Source: Rubripirellula sp.
GTDB taxonomy: Bacteria > Planctomycetota > Planctomycetia > Pirellulales > Pirellulaceae
DNA: 64,000 nucleotides
Reading direction: 5' to 3'
NCBI GenBank assembly: GCA_965216875.1
Contig: OZ244207.1
Coordinates: 3,968,001 to 4,032,000, forward strand
Every line of letters starts with the position of its first letter. Position 1 is the first letter of the stretch. This document shows positions 53,263 through 62,487 of the stretch, piece by piece. The notes below the pieces were generated by a model. The model saw nothing but the letters and a program-made list of their open reading frames with translations, ran no database searches and was not told where the DNA came from. Made by a program: the position numbers and the translations under genes.

Positions 53263-56091
53263 ATGACAGTGACGATCGCATCCCGACCGAATCGATGGAC
53301 TAGCCGGTTACGAAGAACGCCGCTAGCGGTTTTCACATTCAGTTGTTTGGCCATCCTCGCCCAAGCTTCTGTGATCTACCCCACTGCGGCTGCCGACGAC
53401 ACCGACAAGGCTGCGGAATCAAACGACGCAAAGGACACCGGGCTGATGAAAGTCACCGAAGTAGAAGGGATCTCCGAGTACCAACTCGAAAATGGTGTTC
53501 GCGTCTTGCTGTTCCCCGACAACAGCAAAGAGGTGGTGACCGTCAACATGACCGTCTTTGTTGGTTCGCGCCATGAAGGTTACGGTGAAGCTGGAATGGC
53601 ACACCTTCTCGAGCACATGCTCTTCAAAGGCACTCCCGAGCACCCCAACGTTCCCAAAGCTCTCCAAGATCGCGGCGCCCAATTCAACGGCACAACTTGG
53701 ATGGACCGCACAAACTACTACGAAACGCTCACCGCGAGCGACGAGAACCTCGAATTCGCCATCCGCTTGGAAGCCGACCGCTTGGTCAACAGCAACGTCA
53801 AGGGCGAAGACCTTGAGAGCGAAATGACGGTCGTTCGAAACGAATTCGAACGCGGCGAAAACTCCCCCATTCGTGTTTTGATGCAGCGCATGCAAGCAGC
53901 CGCCTACGAATGGCACAACTACGGCCAATCCACGATCGGCAACCGCAGTGATATCGAACGTGTGCCAATCGTCAACTTGCGACGCTTCTACAAAAAGTTC
54001 TATCGCCCCGACAACGTGATGGTGATCGTTGCTGGCAAGTTTGATCCCGAAAGCGCGCTCAGCCATATCCAAAACTACTTTGGTTCACTGAAAACGCCCG
54101 ACACACCCATCGACGACACCTACACCGTCGAACCGCCACAAGATGGCGAACGCACCGTCGTCTTGCGTCGCGTTGGCGAAATGCAAATCGCGGGTGCCGC
54201 CTACCACATCCCGGCCAGCAGCCACGAGGATTTCCCAGCCGCCAAAGCACTCGTCTATATCCTCGCCGATGAACCGAGTGGTCGACTCTATCGCGACATG
54301 GTCGAAACCGAGATCGCGACCAACGTGTACGCACTTGCTTACGCATTCGCAGAACCGGGACTCTTTATGACCCTCGCCGAGGTGTCAGGAGACAAACCGA
54401 TCGAGAGCGCGCGAGCCAAAATGCTTGAAGTGATGGAGACCTCGTTTGCCGAAGAACCGGTCACCGAAGAAGAAGTCGAACGCGCTAAACAGCAAATCTT
54501 GAAGCAACGCGAACTCGAAGCAGCCGAGTCAGAGCAGTTGGCAATTCGCCTCAGCGACTGGGCAGCCCAAGGCGACTGGCGACTTTACTTTCACTATCGC
54601 GATCTGATCGAAAAGCTGACCGCCGAACAGGTTCAAGCGGTCGCTCAAAAGTACTTTATGCGAAACAACCGCACCGTCGGCCTCTTCATCCCCACCGACG
54701 AGACGGAAAAGGTCCAAATCCCCGAATCGCCCAACTTGGCCGAATTGCTCGATGGCTACAAGGGACGCGAGGTCATCGCTCAAGGTGAAGATTTTGATCC
54801 GTCACCTTTGGCGATCGAAGGACGCACCGAACGCGGCAAATTGCTCGACGGCATCGAGTACGCGCTGTTGCCCAAAAAGACACGTGGCAACACGGTCTCA
54901 TTCGCCCTCACCCTTCGCTTCGGCACGGCCGATTCACTCAAGGACAAACTGGGCGCAGTCGAGTTGCTCGGCATCATGATGGCCCGCGGCACCGACAAAC
55001 TCGACTACCAGGAAATTCAGGACGAGCTCGCACGTCTTCGAGCTCAGCTCTCACTCAATTCAACCGTTGGCCTGCTTCAGGTCTCGGTCAAGACCAAGCG
55101 TGAATTCCTTCCCGAAGTGATCACACTGCTTGGTGATGTCCTGCGCCGCCCGCGACTCGAAGAAAAAGAACTCGAGGTGTTGCGACGCCAAATCGTCACC
55201 CAATTGCAACAGAATTCGACCGAACCCCAGGCGCTTGCCGTTCGGCATATTCGCAAGGCCCTTTCGCCCTACGAAAAAGACGACATTCGATACGTCCAAT
55301 CACTGGACGAAGAAATCGAGATGTACGAAAAGGTGACGATCGACGAAATCAAGAACCTGCACGCCAAGTTCCTGAGCAATCAGGATGGCGAAATCGGCAT
55401 GGTTGGCGATTTTGATGCCGAAGAGGTCAAAGCACTCCTGAAGACTCAACTCGAAAGCTGGGACACATCCGAACCCTACGTTCGAGTCGATCGCGATCCA
55501 CATCCGGAAATCCCCGGTTCGATCGAATTGATCCAAACGCCAGGCAAGGCCAACGCGTTCTTCTTCAGCCAACAACAATACTCGATGCCGGACGACGATC
55601 CGTCGTACGCTTCGCTCGTGCTCGGCAACTTCATTCTTGGCGGTGGCTCACTGAGCAGTCGTCTCGGCGACCGAGTCCGCCAACAAGAAGGACTGTCCTA
55701 CGGGGTCCGCAGCAGCCTCGGCGCTCGCCCCAAAGATAAACGCGTCGACTTCACGCTTTACGCGATCACCAACCCCGACAACAAAGATCGACTTCACGAA
55801 GTCATCAAAGAAGAGGTCAAACGACTGGTCGATGAAGGTGTGACCGAAGACGAACTGAAGCGAGCGAAGGAATCGTACCTTCAAGCCGCGCGGGTTCGCC
55901 GCACCAAAGACGCTGGCTTGGCCAACGAGTTGCTTGGCACGATCTTCAACGAGCGAACGATGCAATTCCATCACGACCACGAAGAACGGATTTCGAAAGC
56001 AACAGTCGAAAGCGTCAATCAAGCCATTCGAAGCTACATCGACATGGACAAACTCGTCATCGCCATCGCCGGCGATTTCAAGGAAGAGTGA
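53263..56091 (+). CDS. M16 (pitrilysin/insulinase) zinc peptidase, secreted
   Basis: AHLLEHMLFKGT (HXXEH), NGTT..DRTNYY, VVRNEFE, second-half RQQEGLSYG; AGGAG before ATG 53263. Confidence 0.94.
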   Translation: MTVTIASRPNRWTSRLRRTPLAVFTFSCLAILAQASVIYPTAAADDTDKAAESNDAKDTGLMKVTEVEGISEYQLENGVRVLLFPDNSKEVVTVNMTVFVGSRHEGYGEAGMAHLLEHMLFKGTPEHPNVPKALQDRGAQFNGTTWMDRTNYYETLTASDENLEFAIRLEADRLVNSNVKGEDLESEMTVVRNEFERGENSPIRVLMQRMQAAAYEWHNYGQSTIGNRSDIERVPIVNLRRFYKKFYRPDNVMVIVAGKFDPESALSHIQNYFGSLKTPDTPIDDTYTVEPPQDGERTVVLRRVGEMQIAGAAYHIPASSHEDFPAAKALVYILADEPSGRLYRDMVETEIATNVYALAYAFAEPGLFMTLAEVSGDKPIESARAKMLEVMETSFAEEPVTEEEVERAKQQILKQRELEAAESEQLAIRLSDWAAQGDWRLYFHYRDLIEKLTAEQVQAVAQKYFMRNNRTVGLFIPTDETEKVQIPESPNLAELLDGYKGREVIAQGEDFDPSPLAIEGRTERGKLLDGIEYALLPKKTRGNTVSFALTLRFGTADSLKDKLGAVELLGIMMARGTDKLDYQEIQDELARLRAQLSLNSTVGLLQVSVKTKREFLPEVITLLGDVLRRPRLEEKELEVLRRQIVTQLQQNSTEPQALAVRHIRKALSPYEKDDIRYVQSLDEEIEMYEKVTIDEIKNLHAKFLSNQDGEIGMVGDFDAEEVKALLKTQLESWDTSEPYVRVDRDPHPEIPGSIELIQTPGKANAFFFSQQQYSMPDDDPSYASLVLGNFILGGGSLSSRLGDRVRQQEGLSYGVRSSLGARPKDKRVDFTLYAITNPDNKDRLHEVIKEEVKRLVDEGVTEDELKRAKESYLQAARVRRTKDAGLANELLGTIFNERTMQFHHDHEERISKATVESVNQAIRSYIDMDKLVIAIAGDFKEE

Positions 56092-56108
56092 GGCCAGTGC
56101 GTGAGCAT

Positions 56109-56361
56109 CATCAGCCGAAACGCGATAGCGTGCGGTTTTAACATCCGCTAAGAACCGCGAGCTATCGCTCAGCGGCTGATGAAACGCGACGTGAGCCGAA
56201 CGCGCTAGCGTCGGGCCTTGCGTTCCATTACACGCCTGCTAGCGCCCGTCATGCGGAGCATGACCTACGAGGAGGACGCGGAGCGTCCGAAAAGTGCGTT
56301 ACCACGCAGAGCGGGGTAACGAGGTGGGGGAGAGTGAGCCGAACGCGCTAGCGTCGGGCCT
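56109..56361. repeat. Dense mixed REP-like cluster
   Basis: Inverted pair catcagccg...cggctgatg; two direct copies of gtgagccgaacgcgctagcgtcgggcct (56191, 56334); family B half at 56247-56268; ggacgcggagcgtcc hairpin. Confidence 0.8.
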
Positions 56362-56451
56362 CTCTTCTTTATGCGATACGCACAGCCCGAGGCCTCACGG
56401 ACAACAGCCCGTCCCTCTACACGTATCCCTGGCACGACAACCAGTTGCCAA

Positions 56452-56883
56452 CTAGATCGACCGGCCTACAACGTGCAGGTCAATCGTTGGGTTCTTGGGA
56501 TCACTTGTCAGTAGCTGATAGGTCCAACGGTACTCTTGCGTCTGGGTCGTGCCTTGTTGAGATGACCGCAAGGTTGGCCTTGCCCATTTCACGGTGATCG
56601 ATTGCGTTTCGCCAGGCGGGATGGTGCGGTCACACGGACCGACGACGGGAGGCGTTCACATCGCCGCACCAATCATCACATGGATTGGATCGCTACCGGA
56701 GTTCCGCAGCTTGAAGGTCGACGTTCCGCTCGCACCCGGTGCCAAGGCCCCCACATCGATCTTGGTTTGAACTGCCGTGATCGAAGGCCGTTCAAGCGAA
56801 GCGTAAACCGCCATCCCAATCGCCGCCGCGGTCACCAACGCCACCAAGGTCGAAAGCCGGTACTGCCGAAATCGCATCATCAT
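56452..56883 (-). pseudogene. DUF1573-like Ig-fold protein gene with an in-frame TGA (nonsense pseudogene or selenoprotein)
   Basis: ...TFKLRNSGSDPIHVMIGAAM*TPPVVGPCDRTIPPGETQSITVKW...LLTSDPKNPTIDLHVVGRSI*; frame stays open and domain-like past TGA 56656-56658 to TAG 56452-56454. Confidence 0.75.
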
Positions 56884-57141
56884 CTCATCCCGTCCAAAAT
56901 AGGTTTCAGGTCTCTTTTTACCTTGGAGGTTCGAGCAAACTGTTGCTGAAATGTCAAAAACAAGCAAAAGAAACCTCAAAGCGCATCCAGCATCGGTTGG
57001 CATCCCCGAGCAATCTCGTGTGCTACGATGCTTGGCATGCTGCCAGGTCGACACCAAAGTCACATCCCGCATCCCGATGATCGATTCCCCTCACGCCTAT
57101 CGCGACAGGTCCTACAGCAAGCGCCTTCCAACGACTCACCG

Positions 57142-58212
57142 ATGACCAGCCCCATGGCAAACAGCTCCCTCCGCATCTTGTTACTCTTGTTGACGTTGTC
57201 CGCTCTAACAACGAGTCGCCGCACCGTCGCAGACGACGGGTTCTTTTTGGCGATCGGTGGTGTCAACGGGCAAGCCGACGACGGAAACAAACTCGAGGGG
57301 CAATACGGAACGATCTACACCTCACGCGACGGCCAAGCGTGGACGAAGGTTTTCGAGGGCGGCCCAGTCAAAGACGGTTTCAATCACGCCAACAACAACC
57401 TGCTGCGATGTGCGACCTATGGCAGTGGCCGGTTCGTCATCACCGGCAATCCCAAATGCGCCGTCGTCTCGACCGATGGCAAGCAATGGCGTGTCGTCGA
57501 AGCTCCCTCCGGCGCTTTCAGTGTTGAATTCGGCAACGACCTGTTCGTCGCTCCCAACGCCTACGGGTTCATGACATCCAAGGACGGTCTCGCATGGAAG
57601 ATGAATCGGCCCAAAGTCGATTTCAAGATTTGGGGAAACGATGGTGCTGGCCATGTTCGCAAAATCGTCTTCGGCAACGGCGTCTTTGTTTGCGTGGGCG
57701 AGCAGCGAGTCGGCGTCACGAGAGATGGCAAGACATGGTTGCACCATCGCGTGCTACCGCCGAGTGAGCGGCCTGGGCGCAACGTGCTACTGTTCGGTAA
57801 CGGCCGGTTCGTGTGGCTGTGCGAAAAGACAGGGCCTCTTCAAAGTGTGGACGGTATCGAATGGAAGCCCATCACGACCTTCACGGACCTAACCGAGCAC
57901 TCCAAATTCGGCTACAGCGGTGTTTTTGACGGCACGCAATTCTTGACGTCACCATCGACCTACAACGACAAGAACAAGATCATTTACCGCTCGACCGACG
58001 GCGTAGCTTGGACCAAAGCAATCGAAAACGCCGGAGCAACCTCGTTCAGCGCTGCGGGCAACGGCCTGCTGCTGCAAAACCAAGGCTGGTCGAATTCGTT
58101 TGTCGTCTCCAGCGATGGCGGCAAGACGTGGAAGAAAACCAACGCTGACGTGCCCAGCCGAAAAGTCTATTTCTTCGACGGCAAACGAATGATCGGCCAA
58201 AGCGGTGGCTAA
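57142..58212 (+). CDS. Secreted BNR/YVTN-like beta-propeller protein
   Basis: Signal peptide; repeated S.DG..W and (F/Y)GNG.FV motifs. Confidence 0.85.
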   Translation: MTSPMANSSLRILLLLLTLSALTTSRRTVADDGFFLAIGGVNGQADDGNKLEGQYGTIYTSRDGQAWTKVFEGGPVKDGFNHANNNLLRCATYGSGRFVITGNPKCAVVSTDGKQWRVVEAPSGAFSVEFGNDLFVAPNAYGFMTSKDGLAWKMNRPKVDFKIWGNDGAGHVRKIVFGNGVFVCVGEQRVGVTRDGKTWLHHRVLPPSERPGRNVLLFGNGRFVWLCEKTGPLQSVDGIEWKPITTFTDLTEHSKFGYSGVFDGTQFLTSPSTYNDKNKIIYRSTDGVAWTKAIENAGATSFSAAGNGLLLQNQGWSNSFVVSSDGGKTWKKTNADVPSRKVYFFDGKRMIGQSGG

Positions 58213-58370
58213 GGCGTGCCGAAAACGGTTGGATTGCACGGTTCGTATCGATGAAGATTGGAAAAAGCATCGTCGGGAACGCCCGATTCGAGCCCTGTGG
58301 CAGAACCCTCAAGTAACATAAAGCGTACTATTAGCTTAGTTCCGTTCTCACTAATAACCTTTGCGGCGCC

Positions 58371-59090
58371 GTGCACGATCACTCTCACGAACTCACGCTT
58401 GGATTGGCCTTTTTCCTTGGGGCAATCCATGCTCTCGAGCCCGGGCACGGAAAAACCGCGATGCTCGTTTACCTCTCCGGTGAACGACGCGGTTTTTGGC
58501 ATCCCTTCGTCATGGGACTCTCTAGCGCGGTCGCCCATTCGGTATCGCTGCTCGCGATCGCCGCCATCGTCCACCTGACACAGCACGCGATAACGGGCGA
58601 TCACCACCACGAAGACGAAAGCGTCGTGGTGGTGATGCAGTGGATCAGCGGTCTGCTGGTACTCGGCGTTGGCCTTTGGATGCTCGTGACCGCCTCACGT
58701 GCCAAGCCGGCGTCGTGTGGTTGCGGACACCACCACGACAAGGACCATGACCATACACACGAAACCACCGAAAAACAGTCGAAGAAACGAAGCTATTCGA
58801 TGAGCGCGCTGTTGGGCGTTGCCTTTGGGTTGCTCCCTTGCCCCTCCGCATTGGCCGCCTACTTCACCGGCATCGCAACAGGAACACCGGTCGCTGCTTA
58901 CGCAGTGATCGCTTTGTTCGCCGCCGGCATCGCCTGTTCACTGACGACCTGCGGCTTGCTTGTGCAAAAGTTTGGCCAGCGGCTTTTCAAACACGAAGGT
59001 CGGCTAAGCCGGTTGCCGTGGGGCCATCTTCGAGCCGCCGTGATCCTGCTCGTCGGCGTTGCCTATACCTACCGTGCCGCCATTTCCTAA
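58371..59090 (+). CDS. RcnA/NicO-like nickel/cobalt transporter
   Basis: LGAIHALEPGHGKT, His-rich loop CGCGHHHDKDHDHTH, GLLPCPSA; multiple TM. Confidence 0.88.
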   Translation: MHDHSHELTLGLAFFLGAIHALEPGHGKTAMLVYLSGERRGFWHPFVMGLSSAVAHSVSLLAIAAIVHLTQHAITGDHHHEDESVVVVMQWISGLLVLGVGLWMLVTASRAKPASCGCGHHHDKDHDHTHETTEKQSKKRSYSMSALLGVAFGLLPCPSALAAYFTGIATGTPVAAYAVIALFAAGIACSLTTCGLLVQKFGQRLFKHEGRLSRLPWGHLRAAVILLVGVAYTYRAAIS

Positions 59091-59099
59091 AACGCACGC

Positions 59100-59930
59100 T
59101 TACGAAGCTTCTTCGGTACGCATCTCGATTTGGGCATAGGCGTTGTGCTGATGAATCGACTCAAAATTCTCTGAAGCACATCGAAACCAAGCGATTCGTT
59201 GATCGGACTTGAGCGCCAGGGCTAAGTCACGCACAGTGTCTTCGACGAATTTCGGATTGAGGTAAGCCTGTTCCGTAACATGCTTTTCATCCGCTCGCTT
59301 GATCGTTGGATAGACCCCGGTCGACGCCGCGTTCTCCATCACCTGAAACAGTTCCTCGATCGACAACGATTCGCCACGCCGCATGCGAATGCTCGCCGAA
59401 AGTTTGCAGCGTTGGTTATGGGCGCCGTAGTCCGAAATCTCTTTGGAACAGGGACACAGTGACGCGGCCGGCCCAGCGACCGTTAACACCAGATCCTCAC
59501 TCGCGCCCACCGTCGCGGTAAGTTCAACGTCAAGACGCAATTTCCCTGGCTCGCTCGAAATGGGAGCACTTCGGTCGACGAAGTAAGGAAAACGCACTGT
59601 GATCGACGCTGTCTCGGCGCCGAGCCGCTGCCGCAATGCGGAACACAATTCCTTCAAGCCGTCGTAGTCGAGCGGCCGGTCCCAATCTCGAAGCACCTGC
59701 ACGAACCGAGACATATGCGTTCCCTTTACCGTCGCCGGCAGCGAAACGAACATGTCAAACGACCCTACCGTCCCCTGGAGCGATTCGGTGCCTTGAAGTT
59801 CGGTGGAGGAACTTGATGATGATCGGAAGGTGACGGGATAGGGCACGCTGGTGACGCCCACTCGGTCGATACTCAGATTGCGCGCGTCCTGGTACGCCTG
59901 GACGTCGGGAAGGGTTTGTACGTGATTCAA
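59100..59930 (-). CDS. folE2: GTP cyclohydrolase IB (FolE2)
   Basis: LPDVQ, IDRVGV, KGTHMSRF, LCPCSKEISDYGAHNQR, KRADEK, NPKFVED, FESIHQHNAYA. Confidence 0.96.
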   Translation of the reverse strand: MNHVQTLPDVQAYQDARNLSIDRVGVTSVPYPVTFRSSSSSSTELQGTESLQGTVGSFDMFVSLPATVKGTHMSRFVQVLRDWDRPLDYDGLKELCSALRQRLGAETASITVRFPYFVDRSAPISSEPGKLRLDVELTATVGASEDLVLTVAGPAASLCPCSKEISDYGAHNQRCKLSASIRMRRGESLSIEELFQVMENAASTGVYPTIKRADEKHVTEQAYLNPKFVEDTVRDLALALKSDQRIAWFRCASENFESIHQHNAYAQIEMRTEEAS

Positions 59931-60016
59931 GAGGATTCCTAGAAATGCAAAAAACTCATCGGTACCAGAAGCCTGGCCCGATGAGTCTTCATCAATGTTG
60001 ATTCGTTGCTGCAGTA

Positions 60017-60523
60017 TCAGTGATGAATGGATGATGCGAATTGAAACGTGTAGCTTGCCTCATCAAGTTCGCCGAGCATTCTAATCTCCAATGCATCGGA
60101 GACTCTGATTTCGGCATTCCCCCAGAGCAGTTCACGAAGCTCAGCCTCGCCGCTTCGTCGCAAGCTGGGCCGCGCCGTTGATAGGCGTCGGGCGAGGTCA
60201 AATGGCCGAGCGCCTCGGTTGGCAAGCCGCTCCATAAAAAGCCGCGATGCAGGCGTTACCCGGTCGCTTCGGTAAAGAACGTAGTCGGCATCACGCGATG
60301 CCAGGGCACGCTGGTTAACAGCTGAAAACGGCTCGTTTTCGCGAAGGACGATCACGCGCACGCTCACGGTCGGGAAATGCGTCCGCAGTAACGTCGCCGA
60401 TGGCTGGTCTAACGCGACGACCTTTGCAGGATGCGCATCGACAGGTTCCTCGGCATGGGCCAACGAAGGACTGATGAGTGCAATTCCTGCGCAAATCAGC
60501 ATCTTGTTGAATAGGGAACGCAT
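60017..60523 (-). CDS. Hypothetical secreted protein, possibly a degenerate ZnuA/TroA-like binding domain
   Basis: Signal peptide ending AHA; KVVA...P...V.V......DADYVLY pattern; C-terminal IHH. Confidence 0.7.
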   Translation of the reverse strand: MRSLFNKMLICAGIALISPSLAHAEEPVDAHPAKVVALDQPSATLLRTHFPTVSVRVIVLRENEPFSAVNQRALASRDADYVLYRSDRVTPASRLFMERLANRGARPFDLARRLSTARPSLRRSGEAELRELLWGNAEIRVSDALEIRMLGELDEASYTFQFASSIHH

Positions 60524-60566
60524 GAACTTGCTCTTCGAAAAAGGGTCCGTGACACGAATCTACCAA

Positions 60567-60583
60567 ATGCAATACGTGTGCAT
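60567..60583. promoter_or_regulatory. Candidate metalloregulator operator ATGCA-N7-TGCAT
   Basis: ATGCAATACGTGTGCAT about 44 bp upstream of the 60523 start, inside a putative Zn-starvation cluster; only 5-bp arms. Confidence 0.35.
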
Positions 60584-60632
60584 GTAGAGTCAGTTCGCAA
60601 ATTGGCGATTTTTTCGGCAAGTATTTCGCAAA

Positions 60633-61124
60633 TCAGAGTTGCGTGGGGTTGGGTGCGTCGCCGTAGACCTGTTCGGGGTCAAACACTTTCTGATCTTCGG
60701 TGAACTGAAGGGCATCCCCTTGGTTTCGCTGTGTTCCAACAGGAACGCTTCGATAGAAGCAAGAGCGATAACCGACATGGCAGCTCGCACCACCAGCGAC
60801 TTCCACACGTAGCCAAACACAGTCCTGGTCGTCGTCGATTCGCATTTCGCGTACCGATTGAACGAGCCCACTGGTTGCCCCTTTGTGCCAAAGCTGTTGA
60901 CGACTCCGACTCCAGTAGTGAGCCTCGCCAGTTTCAATGGTTTTCCGCAACGCCTCGCGATTCATGTAGGCGTGCATCAACACTTCGCCCGAGGAAATGT
61001 CTGTGGTGACGCAAGCGATCAGGCCTTGGTTGTCGAATTTGGGCGCAAGGACTTCTCCCTCTTCGACTTGTTCGACGCTTGTGCGCTGTGCGAAGGTGTC
61101 GCTATCTGGTTCTGCGGTGTTCAT
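60633..61124 (-). CDS. hisI: Phosphoribosyl-AMP cyclohydrolase (HisI), Cys-to-Asp variant
   Basis: [35 protein letters not shown] (vs canonical DCDxD), [10 protein letters not shown]. Confidence 0.94.
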   Translation of the reverse strand: MNTAEPDSDTFAQRTSVEQVEEGEVLAPKFDNQGLIACVTTDISSGEVLMHAYMNREALRKTIETGEAHYWSRSRQQLWHKGATSGLVQSVREMRIDDDQDCVWLRVEVAGGASCHVGYRSCFYRSVPVGTQRNQGDALQFTEDQKVFDPEQVYGDAPNPTQL

Positions 61125-61756
61125 GTGGAAGTTTGCTGTGTTTCATTCTGAGTTGTCTGGTCGGTAAGTGGATTCCAAATGCCGTCGCCGATGGAAAGCG
61201 AAAGTTTTCGCCAAAGAGCGACCATATCGGTCGCCGCCACACTCCAGCGGTCTCCGTCCCGCCATGACTTCAGTGTTCGACGCCTATAAGTTGTCCCTAG
61301 CTGTGCCGTCGTTTCGAATTCGTAGTCGATGAACCAATCGATCAATTCGAGCAGCAAGAGTCTGGCTCGCGGCGATTCTTCCACCGAAGGTTCCCGCAGC
61401 ATGGGCAGCTCTTCTCGCGTCCACGGCACGCAGGTGAAGGTCGCTGCTGGTGCGACCCGGGGACGAAAGGTGAAACGCTCAATAAAGAGCGCACCGAACG
61501 TCTGGTTGCCGATAAAAACACCATAGCCGCGAAGGACAATGCGTTTGCCACCTTCGAGATCAAGCGAGTAGGCACTAGAGCAGTCTTCTCGCTCTGTTGG
61601 AGGTGGTATGCGACGAAAGCCTCGTTCGACCAACCAGTTGCCTGCTTTGCGTTTGATGTCCCGACCGAAGCACCAGATCTGTTGGCTCAACAACCCGGTC
61701 GCTTGTTCGCGAAACTCATGATCGTCAAATGTGGGGACTGTCACCGGGGCGTTCAT
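61121..61756 (-). CDS. Hypothetical protein translationally coupled to MerC-like gene and hisI
   Basis: ATGA overlaps at both ends (61753-61756 and 61121-61124); [17 protein letters not shown] motif. Confidence 0.8.
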   Translation of the reverse strand: MNAPVTVPTFDDHEFREQATGLLSQQIWCFGRDIKRKAGNWLVERGFRRIPPPTEREDCSSAYSLDLEGGKRIVLRGYGVFIGNQTFGALFIERFTFRPRVAPAATFTCVPWTREELPMLREPSVEESPRARLLLLELIDWFIDYEFETTAQLGTTYRRRTLKSWRDGDRWSVAATDMVALWRKLSLSIGDGIWNPLTDQTTQNETQQTST

Positions 61757-62433
61757 TCCTCTTCGCTCCCAGCCGGCTCCGGCGCTTCGCAGCAACCGCA
61801 CAGGCATCCGAAGCGGCGATTCAACAAATGAGCGACGACAAGGACGATTCCCCCAACGGGCGTGAGCCAAGGCGCAATTGCAGACAGAAAACCAGACGAG
61901 GGCAGGGGAGCGATGCTTGCTTGAGTCACTGAACTCGACGTCTCCGCCGTCGACGCAAGACTCTCACCTGCTGCTGGGGCTTCAGTCGCTGCAAGGGCCT
62001 CCGCTGCAATGGCTTCCTCTGCGGCGCAGTGCTCACAGCACGCATCCTCACACGCAACAACCTGCTCGCTTCCTTCAGGTACGAATTGGCAAGACGGGCA
62101 GCACTCACCTGCCAACCCGAATGCGGCCGTGCAAATGAACGTCAACCCAACAACGCCGACTGCCGCCGGCAACAATCGACGGTGCTTTCGCCATCCGGGA
62201 ACAAACGCGGCGAGTGCGATGACAAAACAGACAACCGCCATCCATTGATGGAACGATTCATCAGCCAAGAAACTCAAACCCAACGCCGGCAAGGAGGCGA
62301 TGACGAAGGGCATGGCAGCGCAATGGATCGCACAGCCAATCGAAGCGACCATGCCAATCCAATCGCTCCAGGAGGAGACGTTGCCTGGCTTTTCGCTCGA
62401 CTCACCTTCGTTCAAATTCACCAACTCAATCAT
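61753..62433 (-). CDS. MerC-domain membrane protein with Cys-rich inserts
   Basis: DWIGMVASIGCAIHCAAMPF, ESFH, G(W)RKHR, AHLLN; ECCPSC...CEDACCEHC and terminal CLCGCC. Confidence 0.88.
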   Translation of the reverse strand: MIELVNLNEGESSEKPGNVSSWSDWIGMVASIGCAIHCAAMPFVIASLPALGLSFLADESFHQWMAVVCFVIALAAFVPGWRKHRRLLPAAVGVVGLTFICTAAFGLAGECCPSCQFVPEGSEQVVACEDACCEHCAAEEAIAAEALAATEAPAAGESLASTAETSSSVTQASIAPLPSSGFLSAIAPWLTPVGGIVLVVAHLLNRRFGCLCGCCEAPEPAGSEEE

Positions 62434-62487
62434 CCATCTCTTCCTTTTGTCCACTTGGCCGATAGAGAATCAGTCATTGCGGGAGTG

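Noticed and set aside
56191..56361. Two identical 28-nt direct repeats as a mini-CRISPR
   Set aside because: Intervening sequence of about 115 nt made of other REPs; the same motif is dispersed elsewhere in both orientations.
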